Source of the DNA: Verrucomicrobiota bacterium | Lineage (GTDB): Bacteria; Verrucomicrobiota; Kiritimatiellia; JAHIZV01 | DNA: 64,000 bases | Assembly (NCBI GenBank): GCA_018814445.1 | Contig: JAHIZV010000218.1 | Location: 2,285-66,284, forward strand | Reading direction: 5' to 3' | In this document: positions 1 through 9,758 of the stretch, piece by piece | How the letters are laid out: the number at the start of each line of letters is the position of its first letter | Numbering within the stretch: position 1 is the stretch's first letter | Notes under the pieces: generated by a model | Told to the model about the DNA's origin: nothing | Databases searched by the model: none | Seen by the model: the letters and a program-made list of their open reading frames with translations, nothing else | Translations under genes and position numbers: made by a program

Positions 1-126
1 GTTCGCCTGCTTATTACAGAGTACTTCGTCGATCATGCCCCCCAGTCCGTCTCCCAACTCGCGGATATCGTCGATGTTGGACAGCTCGCAAGAGCGTTTG
101 CGGCCTCTTCCCAGCGGCAGATCACA

Positions 127-1629
127 ATGCAGGCGGATCTTGACCGCCTCAAACGAGGCTTCATCCAGGAACTGGGACTTACCGATCAACAGGTCGAAGC
201 GGCCATGATCGGGGAATTGGATCGAACATTAAGCAATCCCGAACGCCTTCGATTGCCGGCGGGAACGGTTCTTCTTCGCGAAGGACAGATTGTCGATGGC
301 GTCTGGATCGTTCTATCAGGAAATGTGCAGTTGCTCCGCGAAGCCGCGGGCCGCGCACTCATCTCCCACGAACAGACCGTCGGCCCCATCGTCGGCCTCA
401 TGGCGCTCTTCAGCGGGCATAGCGCTTTCTTCACCTGCAAAGCAGTCAGCGAAATCGAAGTGATGCGCCTCTCCATCCAGGAACTGGACGAAGCCCTGCA
501 GAAAAGCCCGAACCTCTCACAGCTTTTCGTCACGGTCCTGCTGCGTTCACTTGTGCGCCGAAACAGGCGGGCCGTGGAACTCCAGACCGAAGTGGACAAG
601 CTGAACCGCACGATGGCGATCGAGCGCGATCAACTGGCGATGGCCGTGCGGGAACTGAAGCAGGCTCAAGCGCGCCTCGTGGAATCCGAGAAGATGGCCA
701 CCCTGGGCCAGCTCTCCGCGGGCGTCGCGCACGAACTGAACAATCCTGTCGCGGCAATCCGGCGGGCCGCCGACTTCCTTCTGCAGGACATTGACAAGCT
801 TGCAGACCAACACCCGGACCGCGAGATGCTCCGGTCAAGAATGCAGGGCGCACTCAATGCCAAACCGGTTTCGACCCGCAAACAACGGGCACAAAGTGCT
901 GCTCTCGCGGAGCACCTCAAGGACGACCGGCTCGCCAAACGCCTCGTAAAGATGGGCATCGCCGATCCCGGCGAATTCGAACTGCTCCTCGGATCGGCCC
1001 CGGAAAAGACACAGGCAGAGATCCTGGACAGCATCGAGTGTTACTATCAGCTGGGAAGTTCGCTCAAGAACATCCGCGCATGCGCGGAACGGATCGCAGC
1101 TCTCGTGAACAGCCTTCGGTCATATGCCCGGGGGGACCGGGAAATGGATTCCGAAGTGGATCTTCATCAGGGCATCGAGGACACTCTCCTGCTGTTCGGC
1201 AAATCTCTGCAGGAAGTCGAAATCCTCCGGGAGTATGGTGACATACCGATGATCGAGTGCAGGAGTGGTGAAATCAACCAGATCTGGACCAACCTGATAT
1301 CCAATGCCGTGCAGGCAATGGACGGCAAAGGCAGAATCGAGATATACACTGATCAGCCGGACGCGGAACATGTCCGGGTGAGAATCATCGACAGCGGGCC
1401 GGGAATTGCGAAGGACCATCTTGAGCGCGTCTTCGACATTAAGTTTACCACAAAAGAAGGCCGTATAGAATTCGGCCTGGGCCTCGGGCTGGCAATCTGC
1501 AGGCAGATCGCAAACAGGCACGGAGGATCTATTCTGGCTGACTCCGAACCTGGACGCACATGCTTTACTCTCGAATTACCTGTCTCACAAGAAAACCAAT
1601 CAGACCAAAAAGGTGGAGCTGAATCATGA
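127..1629 (+). CDS. Soluble sensor histidine kinase with an N-terminal cyclic-nucleotide-binding (CAP-like) domain. The reading frame is open back to nt 1, so the gene may start upstream of the window.
   Basis: cNMP-binding beta-roll signature 'GQIVDGVWIVLSGNVQLLRE'. HisKA H-box 'ATLGQLSAGVAHELNNPVAAI'. HATPase N/G boxes 'NLISNAVQAM ... GLGLGLAICRQIANRHGG'. No TM segments. No in-frame stop between nt 1 and 126. Confidence 0.85.
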   Translation: MQADLDRLKRGFIQELGLTDQQVEAAMIGELDRTLSNPERLRLPAGTVLLREGQIVDGVWIVLSGNVQLLREAAGRALISHEQTVGPIVGLMALFSGHSAFFTCKAVSEIEVMRLSIQELDEALQKSPNLSQLFVTVLLRSLVRRNRRAVELQTEVDKLNRTMAIERDQLAMAVRELKQAQARLVESEKMATLGQLSAGVAHELNNPVAAIRRAADFLLQDIDKLADQHPDREMLRSRMQGALNAKPVSTRKQRAQSAALAEHLKDDRLAKRLVKMGIADPGEFELLLGSAPEKTQAEILDSIECYYQLGSSLKNIRACAERIAALVNSLRSYARGDREMDSEVDLHQGIEDTLLLFGKSLQEVEILREYGDIPMIECRSGEINQIWTNLISNAVQAMDGKGRIEIYTDQPDAEHVRVRIIDSGPGIAKDHLERVFDIKFTTKEGRIEFGLGLGLAICRQIANRHGGSILADSEPGRTCFTLELPVSQENQSDQKGGAES

Positions 1630-2117
1630 ATCGTGTAGTTATTCTGTGCGTCGAAGACGAATCGGAGGTCAGGGAGGCCATAGTCCGCGATCTGGACACC
1701 TTTGCCGAGGTGTTCCGCATCGAAGAAGCGGAGGATGCGGCGGACGCGAAACAGGTCATGGCTGATTGCGTGAAAGACGGTGATGCCGTCGGACTCGTGC
1801 TATGCGATCACCTGCTGCCGGGCGAGAAAGGCGTCGACTTCCTCGTGGAGTTGAACGAACAGCCTGAAACGCATTCCATACGTAAAGTGCTTGTCACCGG
1901 ACAGGCCGGCCTGGAAGACACGATAAAGGCCGTTAATGACGCAGGCCTGGATCACTACATTGCAAAGCCATGGAAGATCGATGAACTGCACGAAGTGGTC
2001 AAAGAACAGCTCACCGATTTCGTTCTCAAAACATCCGCGAATCTCCTGCCGTACGTGCCCGTGCTCGACGGAACCCGCCTGATGGAGGCCATCGCGCACG
2101 GCGGACGAACGGAGTAG
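1626..2117 (+). CDS. Single-domain response regulator (CheY-like receiver with a short C-terminal extension)
   Basis: ATGA start/stop overlap with the upstream kinase. Receiver motifs: acidic pocket 'VEDESE', phospho-Asp context 'LCDHLLPGEKG', 'KVLVTGQA', 'KPW'. Confidence 0.85.
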   Translation: MNRVVILCVEDESEVREAIVRDLDTFAEVFRIEEAEDAADAKQVMADCVKDGDAVGLVLCDHLLPGEKGVDFLVELNEQPETHSIRKVLVTGQAGLEDTIKAVNDAGLDHYIAKPWKIDELHEVVKEQLTDFVLKTSANLLPYVPVLDGTRLMEAIAHGGRTE

Positions 2118-2141
2118 CGAATGTCTATGGGGGTGCGGGAG

Positions 2142-2858
2142 CTACAGATACGCCAGGCACTCACCTGTCAGGTCTGCAAGAGTGGCGGGAAGTTCTCCTC
2201 GAGTTGCGAAGATCTGTGGTTCCCTCTGGCATATCTCCGAAAAGTGTCGCGACATCGCGTCTCTGACTTCTTCAAGTGACGGGCCATCGTCACCCAGTAT
2301 GCTTTCGAGTGATGCAACCGGTTCCCCGACCAACCCACAGGGAACGATGTTGGCGAAACCGGCAAGGTCGATATTCACGTTGAAACTCATTCCGTGCATG
2401 GTTATCCACCGCTTCAGATGAAACCCTATCGCGGCGATCTTCCCGTGCTCAGCCCAGGCGCCATTCATGCCCTCTCGCCTGACCGCAGAAACCCCAAAGT
2501 CTCCAGCCGTCCTTATGGCAATTTCTTCGAGGTTCCAGAGGTACCCGTGCGCGTCGGCTTCCTGAGTTCCCAGTTTCATGATCGGGTACATCACAATCTG
2601 CCCGGGCGCGTGATAGGTAACGTCACCACCTCGTGAAGACTGGTGAAGCTCGATACCCTCCTCCTTCAGATACTCAGGTGTCACGTTCAGGAAGTTGTCT
2701 CTGCCCCGACGCCCCAGTGTGACCACGGGCTCATGCTCGAGAAACAGAACCGTGTCGGGTATCGCCCCTGATGTGCGCGCGGAGACAAGGCGCTCCTGCA
2801 GCGAAACGCCTTGTGCGTAGGACAGGGGTTTACTGAAATGAATGCACCATGTGCTCAT
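2142..2858 (-). CDS. lipB: Lipoyl(octanoyl) transferase LipB
   Basis: Conserved 'RGGDVTYHAPGQIVMYP' (RGG..TYHGPGQ motif) and 'HGKIAAIGFHL' typical of octanoyltransferase. Lies immediately downstream of gcvH on the same strand. Confidence 0.85.
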   Translation of the reverse strand: MSTWCIHFSKPLSYAQGVSLQERLVSARTSGAIPDTVLFLEHEPVVTLGRRGRDNFLNVTPEYLKEEGIELHQSSRGGDVTYHAPGQIVMYPIMKLGTQEADAHGYLWNLEEIAIRTAGDFGVSAVRREGMNGAWAEHGKIAAIGFHLKRWITMHGMSFNVNIDLAGFANIVPCGLVGEPVASLESILGDDGPSLEEVRDAMSRHFSEICQREPQIFATRGELPATLADLTGECLAYL

Positions 2859-2905
2859 TGCATCACCGCTTCGCGTTGAGCGAAGCTCCCGGAGAAGTGA
2901 ATCGC

Positions 2906-3289
2906 CTATTCAGATGGAAGCTGCGATTCGTATTGCGAGGCATCGAGAAGGTCTTCCACGTCCGACTCATCGATCGGCTTCATGCGGAAAAGCCACCCCT
3001 CCTCATAAGGATCCGAGTTGATGATCTCCGGCTCATCGGCCAGACGATCATTGATTTCCGTCACGGTTCCTCCGATCGGGGCATAGATATCAGAAGCGGC
3101 TTTCACCGACTCAACCACGGCGACTTCATCCTGGGCTGACAGGGTATCGCCAACGCTGGGCAGTTCAACATACGTGATGTCCGAAAGTTGATTCTGGGCG
3201 AAATCTGATATGCCAACGACCACTTCGTCCCCCTCGACGCGAACCCATTCGTGTGTGCTTGTGTAACGGCAGCTCTTATCTATCTGCAT
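2906..3289 (-). CDS. gcvH: Glycine cleavage system H protein
   Basis: 127 aa. Lipoyl-lysine region 'VESVKAASDIYAPIGGTV'. N-terminus 'YTSTHEWVRVEGDEVVVGISDFAQ' is classic GcvH. Confidence 0.9.
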   Translation of the reverse strand: MQIDKSCRYTSTHEWVRVEGDEVVVGISDFAQNQLSDITYVELPSVGDTLSAQDEVAVVESVKAASDIYAPIGGTVTEINDRLADEPEIINSDPYEEGWLFRMKPIDESDVEDLLDASQYESQLPSE

Positions 3290-3660
3290 TGTCGCCTCGC
3301 TTTCAGTGAGTAGAAGTCAGCCCTGTGAAACATACCCGCGTGCTCGTTATGATGGGAGGTTTTTATATCAACCGATTCATGACCGACAAGTTCCTTTTTT
3401 TGCTAAATGTGGAGGCCTCTTCCGGGGCTCTTCCCGGGCTGTGAAACAGGTGGGAGGAAACAGGGACCTAAAGGACGTAAGGGATCTGAGTATGCCTGCC
3501 GGAAGCGACCTGACTCACAAGTATGTAGACGTAGTGGAATGCCGGCATGCCAAGCCGTAGTCTCGCAGCGTTGTCCTGTCCGTCCGCCTTCGCGATTTCG
3601 CTTCGCGTAACCGACTCCGGCGGGACAGCCTCCGCTCTCCGCTACGCTGCGAGCGAAGGC

Positions 3661-3735
<75 letters not shown>

Positions 3736-3913
3736 CGCAAGCAGGCTCAGAATGAGACGAAGAACATAACAGACCGTTTTCTCTATTCCACAAAAAAAGC
3801 CCGAAAAAAGCACAGCGCTCGTCGTTCTGATTGTCGGTGACATCCCGTGTTTTCATTGCGCAATTCGACATTTGAGCCTACAATAGAATCAGCAAGAGGA
3901 GGGTCAACAGGCG

Positions 3914-4570
3914 ATGATGCAGCGGACCATAGCTTGGGCCGCGGGGTGTGTCCTGGTATTGTCGGCGTTCGTACCAATCGGCTGCGGCACGGACAAGACA
4001 TTCTCCGACCGTCAGCCCTACCGTCAGCGAAGCGCTCACCCGCTTTTCCTCCTGAGTACGCCCAACGATCTGGCGGAAGAATTCCTCTATCCGGATCCGC
4101 CCTGCGTTCAGTCGTTCATATGGGGACCGATGGGCGCGGAATGGAGGGTCCGCTTGAATCACCTCGGTTACGCCCATTCCGGCTTCGGGCTGAGACGCCC
4201 AAAGGAGTCGCCCGGTCGGCGGGAAGAATATGCTTTGGCTTTCAGACTGACGCCTTCCAGCGCAGCGGACAGCCTGTCTCTGGGCCTGGCCTACGGTGAA
4301 AGAACGAATTCGTATATCGTGACGAGCAGAGCTATTTCCGATTACAAGTGGCGCGACTCACAGCCTCCCTGGACTGCCTACGCCATTCCGATCAAAGCGT
4401 TCACAAATGCTCCCGACATGGACGTATTTCCCGACGGCAGATTCCCTGAGAAATCGTCCCACTGGGACATCATTGAAGTGTACCTCTTCAAACTCGGTGA
4501 TGAACCCGTCCACGAGAGACTCGGCATTCAGAACCTGCGCGTCCTCTCCACTCTCGGCATCGAGCCGTAG
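3914..4570 (+). CDS. Hypothetical lipoprotein, paralog 1 of a tandem pair
   Basis: Strong RBS AGGAGGG upstream. Signal peptide with a Cys 'AFVPIGCGTD'. Conserved 'FIWGPMGAEWRVRLNHLGYAHSGFGL' shared with the next gene. Confidence 0.6.
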   Translation: MMQRTIAWAAGCVLVLSAFVPIGCGTDKTFSDRQPYRQRSAHPLFLLSTPNDLAEEFLYPDPPCVQSFIWGPMGAEWRVRLNHLGYAHSGFGLRRPKESPGRREEYALAFRLTPSSAADSLSLGLAYGERTNSYIVTSRAISDYKWRDSQPPWTAYAIPIKAFTNAPDMDVFPDGRFPEKSSHWDIIEVYLFKLGDEPVHERLGIQNLRVLSTLGIEP

Positions 4571-4746
4571 CGGTTCGCCAGTTCTCATTCATATTCTCAC
4601 CAATGAGAGAAACCGCGCCCATCTTGCTCAAGAAGATTCCCCATTCCACCGCCGGCAAGAACGTAAACTATTTATAAACAATATGTTACGACCTCACTCC
4701 ATATCGGGTCGGATATGTGGCCCAGTACTTGCTTCTACAAAAGGCG

Positions 4747-5487
4747 ATGAAAAGTCACCTCACAGGGAAGAAAGTCACGATGGCGGCAGCGACCTGTCTG
4801 TGTTTCGCCCTGGTGATTTCGACAAGTTCGTGCGTTTCGCAGACGGCAGCTTCTCACGACAAAGCCACGACTTTTCAGAACCGCTGTCCCGTTCGCATGG
4901 CGGCCGAAGATCTGACAGCCCCGGAAAGGAGACCAACCCGAGTAGGCGCCCGCCCCGTTCGGGTTCTGCAGAAGCCAAGGGATCTCGGCGACGAATTCTC
5001 TCATCCTTCGTCGGCTATCCGCCAGACCTTCGCCTGGGGTTACTTCGGCACGGAATGGCGAGTGCAGATGGACAGCTTCGGTTACGCACACGCCGGATTC
5101 TCTTTCAGCCGCCCCCAGGATTTTTCCGGCAGTCACGCTCACTGCGCTCTGACCTTCAAAATGAAACCGGGTGACATCGCAGATCATCTGGCCCTGGCAG
5201 TAGCCAGCGTGGACAATAAAGAGGTCCTGGTCCTCACGAAGAAACCTCTGTCGGCTTACGTCACGAAGAAGGAACAGCCGTGGACTTACTTCTCCGTGAA
5301 TCTCGATGAGTTCCTAAGTAACTCAGTAACCCTCAATACTGATGGTTCCCCCGCGCCGGCGTCGGCAGCGGACTTCACACAAATCTCTGAACTCAGACTC
5401 ATTAAACTGACAGGAGACGCGCCACAGGAAAGAATCATAATCAGAAATCTGGAAATAAGGCAGGACCTTTGGGCTATGCAACAGTAG
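4747..5487 (+). CDS. Hypothetical secreted/lipoprotein, paralog 2 of the tandem pair. The start is uncertain; alternatives are 4717 and 4780.
   Basis: Signal-like 'MKSHLTGKKVTMAAATCLCFALVISTSSC'. Shares 'FAWGYFGTEWRVQMDSFGYAHAGFSF' and the C-terminal 'ELRLIKLTGDAPQERIIIRNLEI' with 3914..4570 ('IIEVYLFKLGDEPVHERLGIQNLRV'). Confidence 0.55.
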   Translation: MKSHLTGKKVTMAAATCLCFALVISTSSCVSQTAASHDKATTFQNRCPVRMAAEDLTAPERRPTRVGARPVRVLQKPRDLGDEFSHPSSAIRQTFAWGYFGTEWRVQMDSFGYAHAGFSFSRPQDFSGSHAHCALTFKMKPGDIADHLALAVASVDNKEVLVLTKKPLSAYVTKKEQPWTYFSVNLDEFLSNSVTLNTDGSPAPASAADFTQISELRLIKLTGDAPQERIIIRNLEIRQDLWAMQQ

Positions 5488-5639
5488 TGCCCCACACTTC
5501 ATCACAGCCCCCACAGCGACAGCCAAAGCCGCTGCAAGATGCAAGCCCGGAGGTTCTGCCTTTTCCTTCTCTTCCGGCACCTGCAATCCCTTGACAACTC
5601 TCCCTTTCCACTTCAAGCCCGACACTGTATATTCATCCT

Positions 5640-7997
5640 ATGCGACTCCTGAAATCGGGGGGCGTTCGTCACAGTATCAAGCCGAACGAAGACGTGCAGG
5701 AACCGAAAAACGAAACTCGAGCGGATTCAGCGGATGCGTCAGAAGCACGTCATCCGCTTGAGTTGCTGGAAAGAGCTCTCAGAGATACTCAGGACGCCGT
5801 GCTCATCACGGAGTATCACCCGATCGACCCTCCCGGCCCCCGCATCGTCTACGCGAATGACGGCTTCCGGCGGATGACCGGATATGAGCCCGAATCCGTT
5901 CTCGGCCGTAATCCCCATTTCCTCCAGGGCGAGAAGACCGATCGCACAGCACTCAAACGCATTAAGGGAAGACTGCGCGCGGGTGAATCGGTGACGCAGG
6001 AACTTCTCAACTATCGGAAGGACGGGTCTGAATTCTGGGTCGAACTGAACATTGTTCCCTTGAAAGCCGGACGACGCGGCGAACCGACACATTGGATGTC
6101 TATCCAGAGAGACGTCACTGAGCGCCGAAACGCGGAAGAACGCATCCAGATTCAGGCCGCCGCTCTGCGCGCCGCCCATAACGCGATCGTGATCACCGAC
6201 ACCAATGGCATCATTCAATGGGTAAACCCCGCCTTCACTACCATGACCGGTTACACGCTGGAGGAATCCGTGGGCAAATCGACGGGCCTGCTCAGTTCCG
6301 GCAAACACGACCGCTCCTTCTACAAGGATTTGTGGGACACCATTTCCGCAGGAAACGTCTGGCAAGGCGAAGTGATCAACCGGCGTAAGAACGGAGAGCT
6401 CTACTACGAAGAGCAGGCCGTCACTCCCGTTCTGAACGAACATGGCGGAATCGAGCGCTATGTCGCTATCAAGCAGGACGTGACCGAACGGAAGAAGGCG
6501 GAGTTGGAGCGTGAACGCTTGGCAAGCGCTGTGGCACATACCGTCGAGCCGATCGTGATCACGGACACTAAGGGCATTATTGTCTATGTGAATCCCGCAT
6601 TCGAGCGCACGACCGGATTCTCATACGAAGAGGCCCGCGGACAGAAGCCCAGTATTCTCCGCAGCGGACACCACTCGGAGGCGTTCTATCGGGAACTGTG
6701 GGAAACGATCACGCGCGGTCACATCTGGCGGGGTCGTTTCACGAATATGGCTAAAGACGGTACCATGTTCGAAGTCGAGTCTACCATCTCCCCTATTCTC
6801 AATCCTGAAAGCAAAGAGATCATCTACTTCGTCGCTGTCTCCCGGGACGTCTCGCGAGAGAAGCAGTTGCGGGAGGAAATCCGCCAGGTACAGAAGCTCG
6901 AAGCTGTCGGGAGGCTCGCGGGCGGTATCGCGCACGATTTTAATAATGTCCTGACCTCCATTCTCGGCTACGCGCAGATCGTGCTCGCTGAGATGGAACA
7001 CAATGACCCACGGCGAAAAGACGTGATGGAGATTATGCATGCTGGCGAACGGGCCAGTGAATTGACCAAACAGCTTCTGACGTTCGGACGCAAACAATCC
7101 GTCCAGCTGCGACCTCTCGACCTGAACCGGAATCTTGCGGATATGGATCAACTGCTTCGTCGCACGCTTGGCGAGCACATTGAAGTCATTTCCCTCAGGG
7201 GCGATAACCTGGGAACAGTCAACGCCGACGCCGGGGCGGTCGAACAGGTGCTGCTGAATCTTGCCGTTAACGCGCGGGACGCCATGCCCAGGGGAGGCTC
7301 TCTTGCCATCGAGACGAAGGCCGTGACCCTGCCCGACCCGATAAATGATGGAGAAGAGTCCGACTTCGTGATGCTGCGCGTGAAAGATACGGGCATCGGC
7401 ATGACCAAAGAAGTACGCAACAAGGTCTTCGAGCCGTTCTTTACCACCAAGCCGAAAGGAGAAGGGTCCGGCCTGGGACTTTCAACCGTTTTCGGAATTG
7501 TTGAGCAATGCGGCGGATTCATCGAATTGGACAGCCGCCCCGGAGCAGGCTCCGAGTTCAGAATATTCTTTCCGAGGCAGACGGATGAAGGTGAAGTCAT
7601 TCTCGAAGCAGCCGATATCAACATGCCCCGGGGAGAGGAAACCATTCTCATCGTAGAGGACGAAGACGGCGTCAGGAAGTTGACCGGCCGCATGCTCAGA
7701 AACCTCGGCTACACAATCCTCGAGGCACGGGATGGGATGGATGCTCTTGAGATTCTCCGCAGCAGCAAGGTCCCGATTCAACTGATCCTGACAGACGTTG
7801 TGATGCCGCGAATGAGTGGCACGGCGCTGATCGAAAAAGCGAACATGCTCCGGGGCGACTTCAAAGTCCTCTACGTTTCCGGCTTCACGGGAGACCACGA
7901 GCCGAAGGGCGTCGATGGAATCAGGACAAAATACCTCCAGAAGCCCTACTCAAGAACGACTCTCGCCGTAACGGTAAGAGAACTTCTGGACACCTGA
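5640..7997 (+). CDS. Hybrid sensor histidine kinase: three PAS/PAC domains, HisKA, HATPase and a C-terminal receiver
   Basis: Three PAS repeats ('ITEYHPIDPPGPRIVYANDGFRRMTGYEPESVLGRN', 'ITDTNGIIQWVNPAFTTMTGYTLEE', 'ITDTKGIIVYVNPAFERTTGFSYEE'). H-box 'LAGGIAHDFNNVL'. N/G boxes 'LLNLAVNARDAM ... GSGLGLSTVFGIV'. Receiver 'ILIVEDEDGVR ... LILTDVVMP'. Confidence 0.9.
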   Translation: MRLLKSGGVRHSIKPNEDVQEPKNETRADSADASEARHPLELLERALRDTQDAVLITEYHPIDPPGPRIVYANDGFRRMTGYEPESVLGRNPHFLQGEKTDRTALKRIKGRLRAGESVTQELLNYRKDGSEFWVELNIVPLKAGRRGEPTHWMSIQRDVTERRNAEERIQIQAAALRAAHNAIVITDTNGIIQWVNPAFTTMTGYTLEESVGKSTGLLSSGKHDRSFYKDLWDTISAGNVWQGEVINRRKNGELYYEEQAVTPVLNEHGGIERYVAIKQDVTERKKAELERERLASAVAHTVEPIVITDTKGIIVYVNPAFERTTGFSYEEARGQKPSILRSGHHSEAFYRELWETITRGHIWRGRFTNMAKDGTMFEVESTISPILNPESKEIIYFVAVSRDVSREKQLREEIRQVQKLEAVGRLAGGIAHDFNNVLTSILGYAQIVLAEMEHNDPRRKDVMEIMHAGERASELTKQLLTFGRKQSVQLRPLDLNRNLADMDQLLRRTLGEHIEVISLRGDNLGTVNADAGAVEQVLLNLAVNARDAMPRGGSLAIETKAVTLPDPINDGEESDFVMLRVKDTGIGMTKEVRNKVFEPFFTTKPKGEGSGLGLSTVFGIVEQCGGFIELDSRPGAGSEFRIFFPRQTDEGEVILEAADINMPRGEETILIVEDEDGVRKLTGRMLRNLGYTILEARDGMDALEILRSSKVPIQLILTDVVMPRMSGTALIEKANMLRGDFKVLYVSGFTGDHEPKGVDGIRTKYLQKPYSRTTLAVTVRELLDT

Positions 7998-8004
7998 TAC
8001 CCCG

Positions 8005-8850
8005 TCAATCACCGAGGACTATGTTGTCAATCAGGCGCGTCTTCCCGATCCTGATTGCCGCGGCCACAATGTCGCCGCAGCTCGCATTCTCGCAGGGCGA
8101 CCAGTCTGATGGATCGATGACGGCCGCGTAGTCGGTTCGTGCGCCGGGGACTTGCTCGATGACCGCTTTCATGGCCTCGTTGATGACCGTCGCGTCACGT
8201 TCGCCGCCGGCGAACAGGCGCTCCGCTTCAAGCAGGGATCTCCTGAGACACAGCGCTTCCTCTCGCTCGTCTTCAGACAGGTACCGGTTACGCGAACTCA
8301 TTGCAAGACCGTCAGGCTCTCTGACGGTGTCTCCCGCCACGATTTCGACCGGAATATTCAGGTCAGCAACCATTTTCGCAATCAACGCCAACTGCTGGAC
8401 ATCTTTCTTCCCGAAAACGGCCGAGTCCGGCTGGATGATGTTCAGCAGTTTAGCAACGACAGTGAGAACGCCCATGAAATGACCCGGCCGGCATTCGCCC
8501 TCAAGTCTTCTTGAAATCACCTCTTCCTCCACGAAAACCGTCCGGCCCGGCGGAAACATCTCTTTGACGGATGGATAGAAAACAGCATCGACACCTTCGC
8601 TCCCGCAAAGTTCCCGGTCCCGTTCAAGATCACGGGGATATGCGTCCAGATCCTCAGTCGGCCCGAACTGAAGGGGATTGACGAAGATGCTCACGACAAC
8701 AAAATCGGCATACTGCTTCGCAAGCCGAATAAGGGAAAGATGTCCTTCATGGAGATATCCCATGGTCGGCACAAGAGAGATGGTCCTTCCCCTCCTCTTC
8801 AGGTCGACCACGACTTCCCTCATGCCGGATATAGAAGTGATTAGATTCAA
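8005..8850 (-). CDS. panC: Pantoate--beta-alanine ligase (pantothenate synthetase)
   Basis: 'LVPTMGYLHEGHLSLI' HIGH-type motif of PanC; ~280 aa. Confidence 0.9.
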   Translation of the reverse strand: MNLITSISGMREVVVDLKRRGRTISLVPTMGYLHEGHLSLIRLAKQYADFVVVSIFVNPLQFGPTEDLDAYPRDLERDRELCGSEGVDAVFYPSVKEMFPPGRTVFVEEEVISRRLEGECRPGHFMGVLTVVAKLLNIIQPDSAVFGKKDVQQLALIAKMVADLNIPVEIVAGDTVREPDGLAMSSRNRYLSEDEREEALCLRRSLLEAERLFAGGERDATVINEAMKAVIEQVPGARTDYAAVIDPSDWSPCENASCGDIVAAAIRIGKTRLIDNIVLGD

Positions 8851-8913
8851 TGGAAACCGCCCTTCATCTACGAAGTACAGGCGTATCAGAGCATTTGCGT
8901 CCGTCAGCCCATT

Positions 8914-9717
8914 CTAGTAGCAGTTTTCAGGACCGGGGAAATCACCTTTCTCAACTTCGCCCCTGTAGGCTTCAAGCGCCTTTGTGATCTCCGTGCCCAA
9001 CTCCGCGTATCTCTTCACGAACTTCGGCCTCATGTCGTCGTAGAGCCCCAGCAGATCGTGAATCACCAGAATCTGTCCGTCACAGCCGGGACCCGCGCCT
9101 ATTCCGATGGTGGGCACCTGCACCGCTTCTGTGATGGCGGCGCCGACATCAGACGGCATGCCCTCCAGGACAATTGTAAACACGCCGGCTTCGTCCAGCG
9201 CAACGGCGGACGCCTTCAACTCCTCCGCCGCTTTCTCACCTCTTCCCTGGACTTTGTATCCACCCATCGCGCGCACACTTTGCGGAGTCAGACCGATGTG
9301 ACCCATCACCGGAATGCCGTTCTCAACAAGAGCGCGAATCACCGGCACGCGGAATGAACCACCTTCAATCTTCACCGCATCGGCGCCGGCCTCCTTGAGA
9401 AGCCGCCCCGCATTGTCCACGGCCTGTTCGACCGAAACCTGAAAACTTAGGAAGGGCATGTCGGCGACTACTAATGCGTGTTCAACACCCCGGACAACTG
9501 CCGCCGTGTGATGAATTACCTGTTCGAGCGTCACGGGAAGAGTTGAATCGTAGCCCAGCATGGTCATCCCGAGAGAATCGCCTACGAGAATGATCTGGAG
9601 TCCGGCCCTGTCGACAAGTCGCGCCATCGTATAATCATAGGCAGTAAGCGAGGTAATCCTGCCTTTACCCTTCAGAGCGCGAATCTTCGTCGTCGTCCAT
9701 TTTCCGGATGAGCTCAT
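8914..9717 (-). CDS. panB: 3-methyl-2-oxobutanoate hydroxymethyltransferase
   Basis: 'LTAYDYTMARLVDRAGLQIILVGDSLGMTMLGYDSTLPVTLEQVIHHT' is diagnostic of PanB. Lies immediately downstream of panC. Confidence 0.9.
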   Translation of the reverse strand: MSSSGKWTTTKIRALKGKGRITSLTAYDYTMARLVDRAGLQIILVGDSLGMTMLGYDSTLPVTLEQVIHHTAAVVRGVEHALVVADMPFLSFQVSVEQAVDNAGRLLKEAGADAVKIEGGSFRVPVIRALVENGIPVMGHIGLTPQSVRAMGGYKVQGRGEKAAEELKASAVALDEAGVFTIVLEGMPSDVGAAITEAVQVPTIGIGAGPGCDGQILVIHDLLGLYDDMRPKFVKRYAELGTEITKALEAYRGEVEKGDFPGPENCY

Positions 9718-9758
9718 GACATAAGGATGCTACTCCACCCCATGCGGGATGACAACTT

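Noticed and set aside
1871-1880. Extra partial match 'ATACGTAAAG' to the TTTACGTAAA box inside the response-regulator coding sequence
   Set aside because: It is a half-palindrome only, intragenic, with no promoter context. It is probably chance.
3290-3660. Possible glycine riboswitch or small RNA in the 370-bp region upstream of gcvH (and ORFs 3306..3560, 3407..3610)
   Set aside because: The minus-strand leader has no conserved glycine-riboswitch cores (GGAGAG ... ACCGAAGGGGCAA). The ORFs are low-complexity with no start context. Imperfect inverted repeats near 3575-3660 lie downstream of the tRNA-Cys 3' end and may be a weak terminator, but there is no U-run.
5560-5640. Sigma70-like promoter upstream of the hybrid kinase (TTGACA at ~5591)
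   Set aside because: No acceptable -10 element lies at 16-19 bp spacing. A TATATT is 31 bp away and would imply a leaderless transcript. Promoter consensus in this lineage is uncertain, so it was not called.
5739-6539. Antisense ORFs inside well-supported genes: 5739..6539(-) in the hybrid kinase, 14626..15495(+) in GH13, 15942..16940(+) in lysA, 20525..21307(+) in argJ, 28075..29061(-) and 31075..31905(-) in the CotH gene, 35963..37015(-) in the PL1 gene, 48806..49756(+) in the TolA-like gene, 54405..55760(+) in GH1, 57537..58523(-) in GH65
   Set aside because: Long antisense frames are typical of high-GC DNA. Each overlaps a gene with strong domain evidence on the opposite strand and lacks recognisable motifs.
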